Shown one piece after another: positions 1 to 12,883 of a stretch of DNA of 64,000 nt. Each line of letters opens with the position of its first letter. The first letter of the stretch is position 1. The stretch lies in NCBI GenBank assembly GCA_944386225.1, contig CALXAH010000001.1, positions 108,161 through 172,160 of the forward strand. Reading direction: 5' to 3'. The notes under the pieces were generated by a model. The model ran no database searches and was not told the origin of the DNA. It saw only the letters and a program-made list of their open reading frames with translations. The position numbers were made by a program, and so were the translations under genes. The DNA is from an uncultured Gemmiger sp. GTDB taxonomy: Bacteria > Bacillota > Clostridia > Oscillospirales > Ruminococcaceae.

Positions 1-14
1 GGGGCCTGCTGGCG

Positions 15-338
15 GTGGCCGGTGCGGGCATCCCCTTCGGCCCGGCGGTTCCGGTGAGCGCGGCGCTGGGGGCGGCGGTGGCCTGGCTGAACTTTTTCGG
101 GCTGGCCGTTACCCTGCAGAAAGCCGTACATCGCGACAGTGAAACCGGCCGGCGCAACCTGCTGCGCATGTCCGATCTGTACCGCAAGCTGGGGCTGGGC
201 GTGTTCCTGGTGGCCATGATCCTGATCCCCTTTTTCAACTGGGTGGCGGCGGCCATCCCGCTTCTGTTCCCCCAGCTGACCATTTTTGTGATGTACGCCT
301 TCGGGCGCAAGACCACAAGCGGCAAGGGAGGTGAATAA
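15..338 (+). CDS. Small hydrophobic protein in the AtpI/AtpZ position upstream of atpB. The reading frame is open to the window edge, so it may be 5'-truncated.
   Basis: 107-aa ORF with two or three hydrophobic segments. It ends 9 nt before atpB. The call rests on position and composition only. Confidence 0.45.
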   Translation: MAGAGIPFGPAVPVSAALGAAVAWLNFFGLAVTLQKAVHRDSETGRRNLLRMSDLYRKLGLGVFLVAMILIPFFNWVAAAIPLLFPQLTIFVMYAFGRKTTSGKGGE

Positions 339-346
339 CAACAGCT

Positions 347-1093
347 ATGGATGTAAGCATCAACGGCGCACCAATTTATACCATCCCTATCGGCGGGGGC
401 ATCCCGATCTCCGCCACCATCGTCAGCAGCTGGATCGTGATGATCCTGATCACCGGTCTGTGCATCTGGCTTACCCGGGATCTGAAGGTCACCGGCATCT
501 CCAAGCGGCAGGCGGCGGCGGAATTTCTGGTAAACACCGCCACCAACTTCGTGCGGGGCAACATGGGGGTCAAATTTGATTTCTTCATCCCCTTTGTGGC
601 CGCCCTGTTCGCCACCAGCCTGGTGAGCAACCTGATCAGCCTGGTGGGCATCTGGAGCCCCACGGCGGATCTGTCCACCGAGGCGGCCTGGGCGGTGATG
701 GTGTTCTTCCTGATCACCCGCGCCAAGATCCGTTCCGGCGGTCTGGGCGGATACCTGAAGGGCTTTACCGAGCCGATCTTCGTGCTCACCCCCTTCAACA
801 TCCTGTCCGAGATTGCCACCCCCATCAGCATGGCCTGCCGTCACTTCGGCAACATCCTGTCCGGCACGGTCATCAGCGCGCTGCTCTACGCGGCGCTGGC
901 CCTGGCCAGCCACGCGCTGCTGGGCTGGCTGCCCGGCGCGCTGGGTGAGGTGCTGGGGGCCATCCCCATCCTGTCGGTGGGCATTCCGGCCATCGCCGGT
1001 TTGTACTTCGACTGGTTCTCCGGCTTCATGCAGGCGTTTATCTTCTGCATGCTGACCACCCTGTATATCGCCAACGCCGCCGGGGAGGAATGA
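347..1093 (+). CDS. atpB: F0F1 ATP synthase subunit a
   Basis: 248-aa polytopic protein. It carries the a-subunit Arg motif context 'ACRHFGNILSG'. An AAGGGAGG RBS lies upstream. It is the first gene of the B-E-F-H-A-G-D-C order. Confidence 0.95.
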   Translation: MDVSINGAPIYTIPIGGGIPISATIVSSWIVMILITGLCIWLTRDLKVTGISKRQAAAEFLVNTATNFVRGNMGVKFDFFIPFVAALFATSLVSNLISLVGIWSPTADLSTEAAWAVMVFFLITRAKIRSGGLGGYLKGFTEPIFVLTPFNILSEIATPISMACRHFGNILSGTVISALLYAALALASHALLGWLPGALGEVLGAIPILSVGIPAIAGLYFDWFSGFMQAFIFCMLTTLYIANAAGEE

Positions 1094-1139
1094 CCCTGCC
1101 CGGCTGCCGCACAACCAAAACACAACTATTATTTTTTAG

Positions 1140-1430
<291 letters not shown>

Positions 1431-1471
1431 TCGGCCCCATACCATTTTGAACAAGGAGGCGTGACGATCAG

Positions 1472-1972
1472 ATGTTTCAGCAACTGGTAACCATTGTACC
1501 CTGGAACTTTGTCGCGGCCATCTGCAACCTGCTGATCCAGATGTGGCTGATCAAGAAGTTCTTGTTCAAGCCTGTACAGAAGGTGCTGGCCCAGCGCCAG
1601 CAGCTTGCCGATGCCCAGATTGCGGACGCCGAGGCGGCCCGCACCGACGCGGAGGCCATGCGTGCCGACTATGAGCAGCGCCTGGCTGCCGCCAAGGAAG
1701 AGGCGGCCGCCCTGGTTCAGAACGCCACCCGCACCGCCCAGCTGCGCAGCGAGGAGATCCTGCGCCAGGCCCAGGCGGACGCGGTGGAGATCAAGAACAA
1801 GGCGGACGCGGACATCGCCCAGCAGCGCAAGAAGGCCATCAACGAGGTCAAGGACGAGATCGGCGGCATCGCCATGGACATTGCGTCCAAGGTGGTGGAG
1901 CGGGAGATCGACCAGCAGGCCCATCAGGACCTGATCGACGAGTTTATCCGGAATGTGGGTGACGCATCATGA
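1472..1972 (+). CDS. atpF: F0F1 ATP synthase subunit b
   Basis: One N-terminal TM helix, then a long Ala/Glu/Arg-rich coiled coil. AAGGAGG RBS. Position after atpE. Confidence 0.9.
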   Translation: MFQQLVTIVPWNFVAAICNLLIQMWLIKKFLFKPVQKVLAQRQQLADAQIADAEAARTDAEAMRADYEQRLAAAKEEAAALVQNATRTAQLRSEEILRQAQADAVEIKNKADADIAQQRKKAINEVKDEIGGIAMDIASKVVEREIDQQAHQDLIDEFIRNVGDAS

Positions 1973-2508
1973 CCGATGTGGGCAAGATGTACGGCGGCGC
2001 GCTGTTTGAACTGTGCGCCGAAGAAGCCCGGGACGAGGCCGTGCGCGATCAGCTGCGCCAGGTGACCGCCCTTATGCGGGAAAATCCCGACTACGAAAAG
2101 CTGCTGTGCACCCCGAACATCCCCAAAGCGGAGCGCTGCGCCCTGTTGGACGAGGCGCTGCGCGGGCAGGTGGACCCCTACCTGCTGAATTTCCTCAAGA
2201 TCCTGTGCGAGAACGGCACATTGCGGCAGCTGAGCGCCTGCGAGAAGGAGTTCAGCGCCCGGTACAACGCGGCGCGGGGCATTCTGCCCGCCAAGGCCGT
2301 GAGCGCGGTGCCTCTGACCGAGGACGCCGCCGCCCGCCTGAAAGCCAAGCTGGAAAGCCTGACCGGCAAGACCGTGGACCTGAGCTTTGCGGTGGATCCG
2401 GCCTGCCTGGGCGGCATCCGGCTGGAGATGGACGGCGTGCGCTTTGACGGCACGGTGGAGGGCCGCCTGGCCCGGCTGCGGCGCGATCTGGAGAATATCG
2501 TATTGTAA
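1969..2508 (+). CDS. atpH: F0F1 ATP synthase subunit delta (OSCP)
   Basis: 179 aa. Its start overlaps the atpF stop as ATGA. Position between atpF and atpA. Confidence 0.9.
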   Translation: MTDVGKMYGGALFELCAEEARDEAVRDQLRQVTALMRENPDYEKLLCTPNIPKAERCALLDEALRGQVDPYLLNFLKILCENGTLRQLSACEKEFSARYNAARGILPAKAVSAVPLTEDAAARLKAKLESLTGKTVDLSFAVDPACLGGIRLEMDGVRFDGTVEGRLARLRRDLENIVL

Positions 2509-4035
<1,527 letters not shown>

Positions 4036-4050
4036 GGAGGGATCAGACGC

Positions 4051-4896
4051 ATGGCTGGTTCCATGAAAGATATCAAGCTGCGCATCAAAAGCGTGGAGAG
4101 CACCATGCAGATCACCAAGGCCATGGAGCTGGTGGCTTCCTCCAAGCTGCGGCACGCCAAACTGCGGGTGGAAAAAAGCCGCCCTTACTTTGAGGTGCTG
4201 CACGCCACGCTGGCGGATATCGCAGCCGCAAACACCGATTTTTCTTCCCCCTATACCGCCAGCCGGCCGGTGAAGCGCACCTGCTATGTGGTGATCGCCG
4301 GTGACCGGGGCCTGGCGGGCGGCTACAACGCCAACGTGTTCAAGGCGGTGGCGGCCCATGCCGCGGGCAAGGACTGCTGCTATCTGCCGGTGGGCAAAAA
4401 GGCGCTGGAGCATTACCTGCACCAGGGCGCCGAGGTGCTGAGCCGGGATTTCCCCGAAGCGGAGGACGTATCGGTGGGGCACTGTTTCTCCATGGCGCGC
4501 ACGCTGGCCAAGGGCTTCCTGGCCGGCGAGTTCGACGAGATCTATGTGGGATACACCAACTTTGTTTCCATGCTGACCCAGACCCCGGCGGTGATGCGGC
4601 TGCTGCCGCTGAACCCGCCCAAGGAAAAGGCAGCCGGCCCCCAGCCCCTGATCCTCTACGAGCCGGACAGTCAGGCCGTATACGACGCCATCGTGCCGGA
4701 ATACCTGGCCGGGCTGATCTACGGGGCGCTGTGCGAGAGCGTGGCCAGCGAGATGGGCGCGCGCCGCACCGCCATGGACGCGGCCAGCAAAAACGCAGGC
4801 GAGATGATCAACACCCTGAGCCTGCACTACAACCGGGCCCGTCAGGCCGCCATTACCCAGGAGATCACCGAGATCGTAGCGGGCGGCGAGGCGTGA
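4051..4896 (+). CDS. atpG: F0F1 ATP synthase subunit gamma
   Basis: 281 aa. N-terminus 'IKLRIKSVESTMQITKAMELVA' and C-terminus 'ITQEITEIVAG' are typical of gamma. Confidence 0.95.
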   Translation: MAGSMKDIKLRIKSVESTMQITKAMELVASSKLRHAKLRVEKSRPYFEVLHATLADIAAANTDFSSPYTASRPVKRTCYVVIAGDRGLAGGYNANVFKAVAAHAAGKDCCYLPVGKKALEHYLHQGAEVLSRDFPEAEDVSVGHCFSMARTLAKGFLAGEFDEIYVGYTNFVSMLTQTPAVMRLLPLNPPKEKAAGPQPLILYEPDSQAVYDAIVPEYLAGLIYGALCESVASEMGARRTAMDAASKNAGEMINTLSLHYNRARQAAITQEITEIVAGGEA

Positions 4897-4922
4897 CGAG
4901 GCAAGCCGGATTCTAAACGTAA

Positions 4923-6332
<1,410 letters not shown>

Positions 6333-6334
6333 TC

Positions 6335-6733
6335 ATGACCTTTGAACTTCAGATCGTGACGCCGGACGGCCTCATCTTTGAAGGGGAGGCCGAAAGGCTG
6401 TTCTGCCGCACCATCGCCGGGGACGTGTGCATCCTGGCCCGGCACTGCGATTATATGACCGCGCTGGGCATGGGCGAAGCCCGTGTGACCATGGCGGACG
6501 GCACCGTGCGCCGGGCCGCCTGCATCGGCGGCATGCTGGCGGTGACCGGCGGCAAGGCCCGTCTGGTGGCCACCACCTGGGAGTGGGCCGAGGAGATCGA
6601 CAAGGCCCGCGCCGAGGCCAGCCGCCAGCGCGCCGAGGAGATTCTGGCCCGCAAGGGCGCCGATGCCCGGGAGTTGGAACTGGCCAACGCCCGGCTGCGC
6701 CGCGCCCTGGTGCGCACCAGCGTGGCCCGCTGA
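6335..6733 (+). CDS. atpC: F0F1 ATP synthase subunit epsilon
   Basis: About 132 aa, last gene of the operon. I prefer the ATG at 6335 over the GTG at 6329 because of spacing from AAGGGTGAG. A terminator follows. Confidence 0.92.
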   Translation: MTFELQIVTPDGLIFEGEAERLFCRTIAGDVCILARHCDYMTALGMGEARVTMADGTVRRAACIGGMLAVTGGKARLVATTWEWAEEIDKARAEASRQRAEEILARKGADARELELANARLRRALVRTSVAR

Positions 6734-6753
6734 AACGGCATTTCCGGAACAGA

Positions 6754-6790
6754 ATACGCGGAGGATTTCTTTCCTCCGCGTATTTTTATT
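6754..6790 (+). terminator. Intrinsic terminator of the atp operon
   Basis: Perfect 12-bp stem: ATACGCGGAGGA (6754..6765) pairs with TCCTCCGCGTAT (6772..6783). A TTTTATT tract follows. Confidence 0.85.
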
Positions 6791-6876
6791 CATTTATATA
6801 CTTTCTGTTTCTTTTTCAAGCCGGATATGGTAGGATGGATACAGATACAGGATTTTGCGCAAAGGAGGGCCCGCTT

Positions 6877-7740
6877 GTGGCAGACTACGACATCCGCATG
6901 GTGGCGCTGGATCTGGACGGCACCGTGTTCAATAACCAGAAGGAGATTACCCCGCGCACCCTGGCCGCCATCCGGGCGGCGCTGGAACGGGGTGTGGCGG
7001 TGCTGCCCGCCACCGGCCGCCCGCTGGTGGGCGCGCCTGACGAGTTTTTGTCCATTCCCGGGGTGGAGTGGGCGCTGACCAGCAACGGGGGCTGCGTGTG
7101 GCGGCTGGCCGGGCGGCAGCCGGTGGTGGAGCTGCTGTTCTCCCCCGCCCAGGCTATGGAGGTGCTGGGGATCCTGGCGCAGTACGACTGCACCGTGGAT
7201 CTGTTTTCCGACGGGCGCTCCTATACCACCGAAGCCCATCTGGCCCGGCTGCAGACGCTGGTGCCGCCGGAACTGCTGTCCTACATCCGGGCAAGCCGCA
7301 ACACGGTGCCGGATCTGGCTGCCTTTGCGGCGGCGGGCGCCCGGGTCGAGAAGTTCAGCTGCCAGTTCGGCACGCTGGCCCACCGGCAGCCGGCCTGGCA
7401 GAAGCTGGCGGCGCTGGGCTATGAGGTGACCTGCAGCCTGGGTACCAACATCGAGATCAACGCCCCCGGCGTGACCAAGGGCTCGGCCCTGCTGGCGCTG
7501 GCGGAGCATCTGGGGTTTGCCCGGGAGCAGGTGATGGCCTGCGGCGACTCGGACAACGACGCGGCCATGCTGAAAGCGGCGGGGCTGGGGGTGGCCATGG
7601 GCAACGCCGACCCGGCGCTGAAAGCGGAAGCCGATGCGGTGACCGCCACCAACCAGGAGGATGGGGTGGCCCTGGCGCTGGCCCGGTATATCCCCGGCGT
7701 GGCCGGGCAGCTGAAACAGGAGGGTTTTGCATGCGACTGA
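6877..7740 (+). CDS. Cof-type HAD-IIB family phosphatase
   Basis: Motifs 'ALDLDGTVF' (motif I), 'ATGRP' and 'GDSDNDAAML'. AGGAGG lies 8 nt upstream of the GTG at 6877; the ATG at 6898 is an alternative start. The long N-terminal extension in the ORF track overlaps atpC and is not coding. Confidence 0.85.
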   Translation: MADYDIRMVALDLDGTVFNNQKEITPRTLAAIRAALERGVAVLPATGRPLVGAPDEFLSIPGVEWALTSNGGCVWRLAGRQPVVELLFSPAQAMEVLGILAQYDCTVDLFSDGRSYTTEAHLARLQTLVPPELLSYIRASRNTVPDLAAFAAAGARVEKFSCQFGTLAHRQPAWQKLAALGYEVTCSLGTNIEINAPGVTKGSALLALAEHLGFAREQVMACGDSDNDAAMLKAAGLGVAMGNADPALKAEADAVTATNQEDGVALALARYIPGVAGQLKQEGFACD

Positions 7741-9608
7741 ATATTGGAACGCTTTCCGCCGGCCGGCAGTGCGCCTTTGCGCTGGCCGCCCCGGCACTGG
7801 GCCTTTCCGCCGCGCCGGAGGGGATCGTTCTGACCGGCGGCAGCCGGGAAACCGGGCTGGCGCTGGCCCGCACCGAAACCGGCTGGCAGCTGGACACAGC
7901 CGGTCTGGCCGGCTTTGTGCGGGGGCTGGGTCTGCTGGCCCAGCACCGGGACGCCGCCCCCGGCTGGGTGTACGAAGAACAGCCCTGGGCCCGCTCGCTG
8001 GGTGTGATGGTAGACTGTTCCCGCAATGGGGTGCCTGCCCCCGCCGCCCTGGAGCGGCTGTTTGTGCGGCTGGCGCTGATGGGCTACAACACCGTGCAGC
8101 TGTACACCGAGGACACCTACACCATCCCGGAGCAACCCTATTTCGGCTACCTGCGCGGGGCCTACACCCGGGAGGAACTGCGGGCGCTGGACGACTTTGC
8201 CGCCGCGCTGGGCATGGAACTGGTGCCCTGCGTGCAGACGCTGGCCCATCTGGCCCAGCCGCTGCGCTGGCAGCCTTTTGCGCCGCTGTGGGACTGCGAC
8301 GACATCCTGCTCTGCGAAGCGCCGGAAACCGAAGCCTTTCTGGAACAGATGTTCGCCTCGCTGGCGGATACCTTCCGCAGCCGCAGGGTGAACATCGGCA
8401 TGGACGAGGCCCATATGCTGGGCCTGGGCCGGTATCTGGACAAGCACGGCTACCGGGACCGGCCCGCCATCATGCGCCGCCACATGGAAACGGTGCTCAA
8501 GATCGCCCGGCGGCACGGGTTTGCCCCCATGATGTGGAGCGATATGTTCTTCCGGCTGGCCAACGGGGGCGAATACTACGCCGCCGACAAGCCCCTGGAC
8601 CCGGCGGCCGCCGCGGTGCCGGAGGGGCTGACCCTGGTATACTGGGATTACTACAGCGAGAAAGAAACCACCTACCGGAAGATGATGGCCCGGCACCGGG
8701 AACTGGGCCGGGAGCTGGTGTTTGCGGGCGGCGCCTGGAAATGGACCGGCTTTGTGCCTCACAACCGGTTCAGCCTGAAGCTGGCGGAGCTGGCCGCCGA
8801 TGCCTGCCGCGCCGAGGGGGTGGAGCAGGTTCTGATCACCTGCTGGGGCGACAACGGGGCCGAGGCCAGTGTGTTCTCGGTGCTGCCGGCCCTGAGCGCC
8901 TGGGCGGAACGGGCCTGGGCAGGCCGGGCGGAGGATTCCTGGCTGGATGCGCGGTTTGCCGCCTGCTGCGGCGCGTCCCGGGCCTGCCTGCTGGCGCTGG
9001 ACGACCCGGATATGACCCCGGACAACCCGGTCCCCGGCCGCCAGGGGGTGAACCCCACCAAGTACCTGCTGTATCAGGACGTGCTGCTGGGCCTGGCGGA
9101 CGCAGACGACAGGCCGGAACAGGCGGCGGAACACTTTGCCGCCTGTGCGGCCCGGCTGGGTTCGCTGGCGGACGAGGCGGGCGAATGGGGCGGTCTGCTG
9201 CGCACCGAGGCGGCGCTCTGCCGTCTGCTGGCCCGCAAGGCCCCGCTGGGGCGGCAGATGCGCGCCGCCTGGCAGGCCAAAGACCGGGCCGCGCTGGCCG
9301 GACTGGCCGCCGGAATCCCGGAGATCCTGGAACTGGCCGAAGCCTTCCGGCAGGCGTACCACACCCAGTGGTTGGCCGAAAACAAGCCCTTTGGCCTGGA
9401 GGCCTTTGACATCCGGCTGGGCGGGGTCTGCGCCCGGCTGCGCACCGCCGCCGACCGGCTGGAAAGCTGGCTGAACGGCCGCTGCGACACCATCCCCGAA
9501 CTGGATGCGGCGCTGCTGCCCTTTGCCCCCCGCACCGGCGCACCGGAGCCCTTCTCCGCCGTGCGCTGGGAACAGATCGCCGCCCCCTGCGCCCTGTACG
9601 GCGTATAA
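7731..9608 (+). CDS. Glycoside hydrolase family 20-like beta-N-acetylhexosaminidase, cytoplasmic (no signal peptide)
   Basis: 625 aa. TIM-barrel-type pattern with the catalytic Asp-Glu context 'VNIGMDEAH' and 'WSDMFF'. AGGAGGG RBS. The start overlaps the stop of the upstream gene. Confidence 0.75.
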   Translation: MRLNIGTLSAGRQCAFALAAPALGLSAAPEGIVLTGGSRETGLALARTETGWQLDTAGLAGFVRGLGLLAQHRDAAPGWVYEEQPWARSLGVMVDCSRNGVPAPAALERLFVRLALMGYNTVQLYTEDTYTIPEQPYFGYLRGAYTREELRALDDFAAALGMELVPCVQTLAHLAQPLRWQPFAPLWDCDDILLCEAPETEAFLEQMFASLADTFRSRRVNIGMDEAHMLGLGRYLDKHGYRDRPAIMRRHMETVLKIARRHGFAPMMWSDMFFRLANGGEYYAADKPLDPAAAAVPEGLTLVYWDYYSEKETTYRKMMARHRELGRELVFAGGAWKWTGFVPHNRFSLKLAELAADACRAEGVEQVLITCWGDNGAEASVFSVLPALSAWAERAWAGRAEDSWLDARFAACCGASRACLLALDDPDMTPDNPVPGRQGVNPTKYLLYQDVLLGLADADDRPEQAAEHFAACAARLGSLADEAGEWGGLLRTEAALCRLLARKAPLGRQMRAAWQAKDRAALAGLAAGIPEILELAEAFRQAYHTQWLAENKPFGLEAFDIRLGGVCARLRTAADRLESWLNGRCDTIPELDAALLPFAPRTGAPEPFSAVRWEQIAAPCALYGV

Positions 9609-9619
9609 ATCAGCAACAG

Positions 9620-9658
9620 GAACGCCCGCCGCAAACCCTGCGGCGGGCGTTCTTTATT
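9620..9658. terminator. Bidirectional terminator between the convergent GH20 and LysR genes
   Basis: 13-bp stem: GAACGCCCGCCGC (9620..9632) pairs with GCGGCGGGCGTTC (9640..9652). TTTATT follows. Confidence 0.8.
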
Positions 9659-10550
9659 GTATCTCCACGTCGGCCTCCCGGTAGCTGCGGCACAGCTCCA
9701 GAAAGGCGTCCAGCGCGGCGGAGTGAAACTTGCTCTTGTGCACGATCAGGCTGTAGCGGCGGCAGAAGTCCACCCCTTCCAGCGGCACCGCCGTCACAGT
9801 CCCCTGTTCGATGGCCTCCTGCACCAGATAATAGGGCAGCACCGCCACCCCCAGATCCGCCTGCACCGCCCGCACCAGCGCCTGGGTGCTCACGCTCTCC
9901 CAGGCGGGCTCGATGCGCACGCCCCGGCGCTCCATCAAACTGTCGAACAGATCCCGCCCGGCGCTGCCTTTCTCCCGCAGCAGCACATCCTCCACCGCCA
10001 GCACCTCCGGCGCCACCCGGCAGAACCCCGCATAGGGGTGCCGGGGACTGCACACCAGCACCAGCCGGTCGCCGCTGTAGGGCTGCGCCTGAATGTAGGG
10101 GCTGTGTACCTGCCCCTCCACCAGACCCAGGTCAATCTGGTTGTCCAGAACCATCCGGGCAATGGTGTCGGTGTTGTCCACCTTGACCTGCACCTGCATC
10201 TGGGGGTACAGCTCCTTGAACCGGCGCACATACTCCGGCAGAAAGCGGGTGGCGATGGTGATGCTGGATCCCACCCGCAGCGTGCCCGCTTCACCCTGGC
10301 TGCGGATCGCGTCCTCCGCCTCCTCCATCAGGTTCACCAGATGTTTGGCGTACTGGTACATCTGCTGGCCCGCCGGGGTCACGTACAGGTGCTTGGCGTA
10401 CCGCTCGAACATCCGCACCCCGTAGTGTTCCTCCAGTTCCCGCAAAGCCACGCTGACGGTGGGCTGGGAGATGAACAGCTGCTCGGCGGCGGCGGTGGTG
10501 CTGCCGGTCTCGTAGATGCTCAGAAAGATCTTCAGATGCCGCAGAGTCAT
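9654..10550 (-). CDS. LysR family transcriptional regulator
   Basis: 298 aa. N-terminal HTH 'LFISQPTVSVALRELEE' and a LysR substrate-binding-type C-terminus. Transcribed divergently from the transporter pair. Confidence 0.9.
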   Translation of the reverse strand: MTLRHLKIFLSIYETGSTTAAAEQLFISQPTVSVALRELEEHYGVRMFERYAKHLYVTPAGQQMYQYAKHLVNLMEEAEDAIRSQGEAGTLRVGSSITIATRFLPEYVRRFKELYPQMQVQVKVDNTDTIARMVLDNQIDLGLVEGQVHSPYIQAQPYSGDRLVLVCSPRHPYAGFCRVAPEVLAVEDVLLREKGSAGRDLFDSLMERRGVRIEPAWESVSTQALVRAVQADLGVAVLPYYLVQEAIEQGTVTAVPLEGVDFCRRYSLIVHKSKFHSAALDAFLELCRSYREADVEIQ

Positions 10551-10681
10551 ACCATACGCCTCCCGTTCCGGCCGGTACAGAAACCGGCCATATATAGCCT
10601 TTTATCTATTGATTCTATTATATCATAGTATTTTACAAATAACAAAGGCCGGCGTATGCTATCTTACGGGAGGAGATAGCG

Positions 10682-11272
10682 ATGCAGACAGAAACAAAAC
10701 CGAAAGGCAAAAACAAGTATTGGACCCTGTTCCTTTCCACCCTGACCATCAGCGCGTTCACCTTTGGCGGCGGGTATGTGATCGTATCCCTGTTGAAGAA
10801 AAAATTCGCGGATGAGCTGCACTGGCTGGAGGCGGACGAGATGCTGGATCTGGCGGCAATCGCCCAGTCCTCGCCGGGTGCGGTGGCGGTCAACGCGGCC
10901 ATCCTGGTGGGATACCGGACGCTGGGCCTGCCGGGCATGGGGATTGCGGTGCTGGGCACCATTATCCCGCCCTTTGTGGTCATCTCGCTGATTTCGCTGT
11001 GCTACACCGCGTTCCGCACCAACCCCATCGTGGCGGCGGTGCTGAAAGGGATGCAGTCCGGCGTGGCGGCGGTGATCGCCGACGTGACCGTGAACCTGTC
11101 CCGCAATGTGCAGCGGGAAAGCGGCGTGATCGGGGTGCTGATCATGGTGGGCGCGTTCCTGGCGTCCTGGATGTTCAGCGTAAACGTGCTGTGGATCATC
11201 TTTGTATGTGCGGTGTACGGGCTGGTTTCCACCTGGCTGCGGCTGCACCGCAGAAGGGAGCGGATGCTGTGA
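10682..11272 (+). CDS. Chromate transporter (ChrA) family protein, first half-size subunit
   Basis: 196 aa, polytopic, with 'FTFGGGYVIVSLL' and 'AIAQSSPGAVAVN' typical of the CHR family. GGGAGGAG RBS. Confidence 0.85.
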   Translation: MQTETKPKGKNKYWTLFLSTLTISAFTFGGGYVIVSLLKKKFADELHWLEADEMLDLAAIAQSSPGAVAVNAAILVGYRTLGLPGMGIAVLGTIIPPFVVISLISLCYTAFRTNPIVAAVLKGMQSGVAAVIADVTVNLSRNVQRESGVIGVLIMVGAFLASWMFSVNVLWIIFVCAVYGLVSTWLRLHRRRERML

Positions 11273-11841
11273 TGCTGTACTGGCAGTTGTTTACCAGCTT
11301 TTTTCAGATCGGGCTGTTCAGTTTCGGCGGCGGGATGGCGGCGGTGCCGCTGATCCAGCAGCAGGTGGTCACCGGCCACGGCTGGCTGACCATGAGCGAG
11401 TTCACCGATCTGATCACCATTGCCGAGATGACCCCCGGCCCCATCGCGGTGAATTCCTCCACCTTTGTGGGGATGCGGATCGCCGGGATCCCCGGGGCGC
11501 TGGTGGCTACCTTCAGCTGTATTGCGCCGGCCTGCCTGATCGTGTCGCTGCTGGCCTGGCTCTACTTCAAGTACCAGAACCTGGCCTACATCCAGGGCAC
11601 CCTGACCGGGCTGCGGCCCGCGGTGGTGGCGCTGATCGCCTCGGCGGGCGTGAGCATCCTGAGCCTGGCGGTGTTCGGCGACGGTGTGGCCAGCGCGGCA
11701 GCCTTCAACTGGCTGGGCGCGGGGCTGTTTGCGGCGGCCTTTGTGGTGCTGCGGCGCTGGAAGCCCGATCCCATCCTGGTGATGGCGGGCAGCGGGATTC
11801 TGGGCGGCGCGTTGTATTTACTTGCGGGAGGTGCGGTATGA
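11272..11841 (+). CDS. Chromate transporter (ChrA) family protein, second half-size subunit
   Basis: 189 aa with 'FSFGGGMAAVPLI' and 'TIAEMTPGPIAVNS'. TGATG overlap with the first half. The longer ORF-track start is out-of-gene. Confidence 0.85.
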   Translation: MLYWQLFTSFFQIGLFSFGGGMAAVPLIQQQVVTGHGWLTMSEFTDLITIAEMTPGPIAVNSSTFVGMRIAGIPGALVATFSCIAPACLIVSLLAWLYFKYQNLAYIQGTLTGLRPAVVALIASAGVSILSLAVFGDGVASAAAFNWLGAGLFAAAFVVLRRWKPDPILVMAGSGILGGALYLLAGGAV

Positions 11842-12338
11842 TTTTGCGGATTCGGCCCGCATTGGGCGGATATAAAATCAAGGACGAGGAGGGCACAGCC
11901 CTGGCAACCATCCGGCAGCAGAAGCTGCTGGGCCCGGCCAAGCTGGTGTTTGACCAGGCGGGCCCGGTGTATCACACTGATGTGCACGAGGCCAGCGAGG
12001 AAGGCCGGTACGAGGTGATGGACGAGGGCAATCGCGTGGTGGTCAGCAGCGACCTGGTGTTTGAGCCGGAACCGGCGGGCGGTTCCCTGACCCGGCCGCC
12101 CCGGGCCGACCGGATGGTACTGCACACCGCCCACTTCGGCGAGTGGGAGGTGCTGCACCAGCGGGATCACAGCGTTCTGTTTGCCCACGACGGCACGGTA
12201 CTGGGCAAACTGAGCCCCTTCTTTACGGTACGGCCGCAGGTGTTTGCCTGCTCGGACAAGTTCGCGGTGACCTTCTGGGCGGCGCTGTATGTGCTGGCCT
12301 ACTACATGGTGCACGAGGACGAGGTGGTACTGGTATAA
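11838..12338 (+). CDS. Hypothetical protein, translationally coupled to the chrA pair
   Basis: 166 aa. ATGA overlap with the upstream stop. Hydrophobic C-terminal segment 'FAVTFWAALYVLAYYMV'. I recognise no family. Confidence 0.55.
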   Translation: MILRIRPALGGYKIKDEEGTALATIRQQKLLGPAKLVFDQAGPVYHTDVHEASEEGRYEVMDEGNRVVVSSDLVFEPEPAGGSLTRPPRADRMVLHTAHFGEWEVLHQRDHSVLFAHDGTVLGKLSPFFTVRPQVFACSDKFAVTFWAALYVLAYYMVHEDEVVLV

Positions 12339-12346
12339 ACGCAAAG

Positions 12347-12379
12347 CCGCCCGGGCAGCAGCGCCCGGGTGGTTTTTTG
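12347..12379 (+). terminator. Intrinsic terminator
   Basis: 10-bp GC stem (12347..12356 pairs with 12363..12372, one G-U pair). TTTTTT follows. Confidence 0.8.
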
Positions 12380-12434
12380 TGCCGGTTTGTGCTACTATGG
12401 AAACCAGCGACGCAAGGGGAAAGGGGCGGTATCC

Positions 12435-12881
12435 ATGATTCAGCCGGTAACACCGGCGCAGCTGATGCAGGCGGCGGCCATCCACGCGGAAAGCTGGCAG
12501 GACTCCCACCGGGCAGTGTGTTCACAGGAATTTCTGGCGCAGCACACACCCCAAAGGCAGAAAGCCTGTCTGGAAGCGGCCATCGCCGGCGGGGCGCGGC
12601 TGTATATGCTCACCGACGGCAAGCCGGTGGGCATTGTGACGGTACGCGGCAGCTGCATTGAAAACCTCTACGTGCTGCCCGCCGAACAGAACAAAGGCTA
12701 CGGCAGCCGGCTGCTGGAATTTGCCATCGGGCAATGCAGCGGGGCGCCCACCCTGTGGGTGCTGAACACCAACCGGGGCGCGCGGCGGCTGTACGAGCGG
12801 CGGGGGTTCCGCCCTACCGGGCAGATCGTGCGGCACGGGGAGGATGTATACGAGCAGGAGTTCCGCCTGGATAGAAACTGA
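12435..12881 (+). CDS. GNAT family N-acetyltransferase
   Basis: 148 aa. Acetyl-CoA motif 'LYVLPAEQNKGYGSRLL' and 'RRLYERRGF'. AAGGGG lies 8 nt upstream of the ATG at 12435. Confidence 0.8.
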   Translation: MIQPVTPAQLMQAAAIHAESWQDSHRAVCSQEFLAQHTPQRQKACLEAAIAGGARLYMLTDGKPVGIVTVRGSCIENLYVLPAEQNKGYGSRLLEFAIGQCSGAPTLWVLNTNRGARRLYERRGFRPTGQIVRHGEDVYEQEFRLDRN

Positions 12882-12883
12882 AA

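Noticed and set aside
6427-6876. N-terminal 150-aa extension of the Cof-type phosphatase ORF, overlapping atpC
   Set aside because: The extension is Arg/Gly/Pro-rich. It overlaps atpC and the atp terminator. A good RBS and start exist at 6877.
10682-11841. Whether the chrA pair is a frameshifted pseudogene
   Set aside because: Each half has its own conserved CHR-family motifs, and the TGATG overlap is clean. Half-size paired chrA genes are a normal arrangement in Firmicutes.
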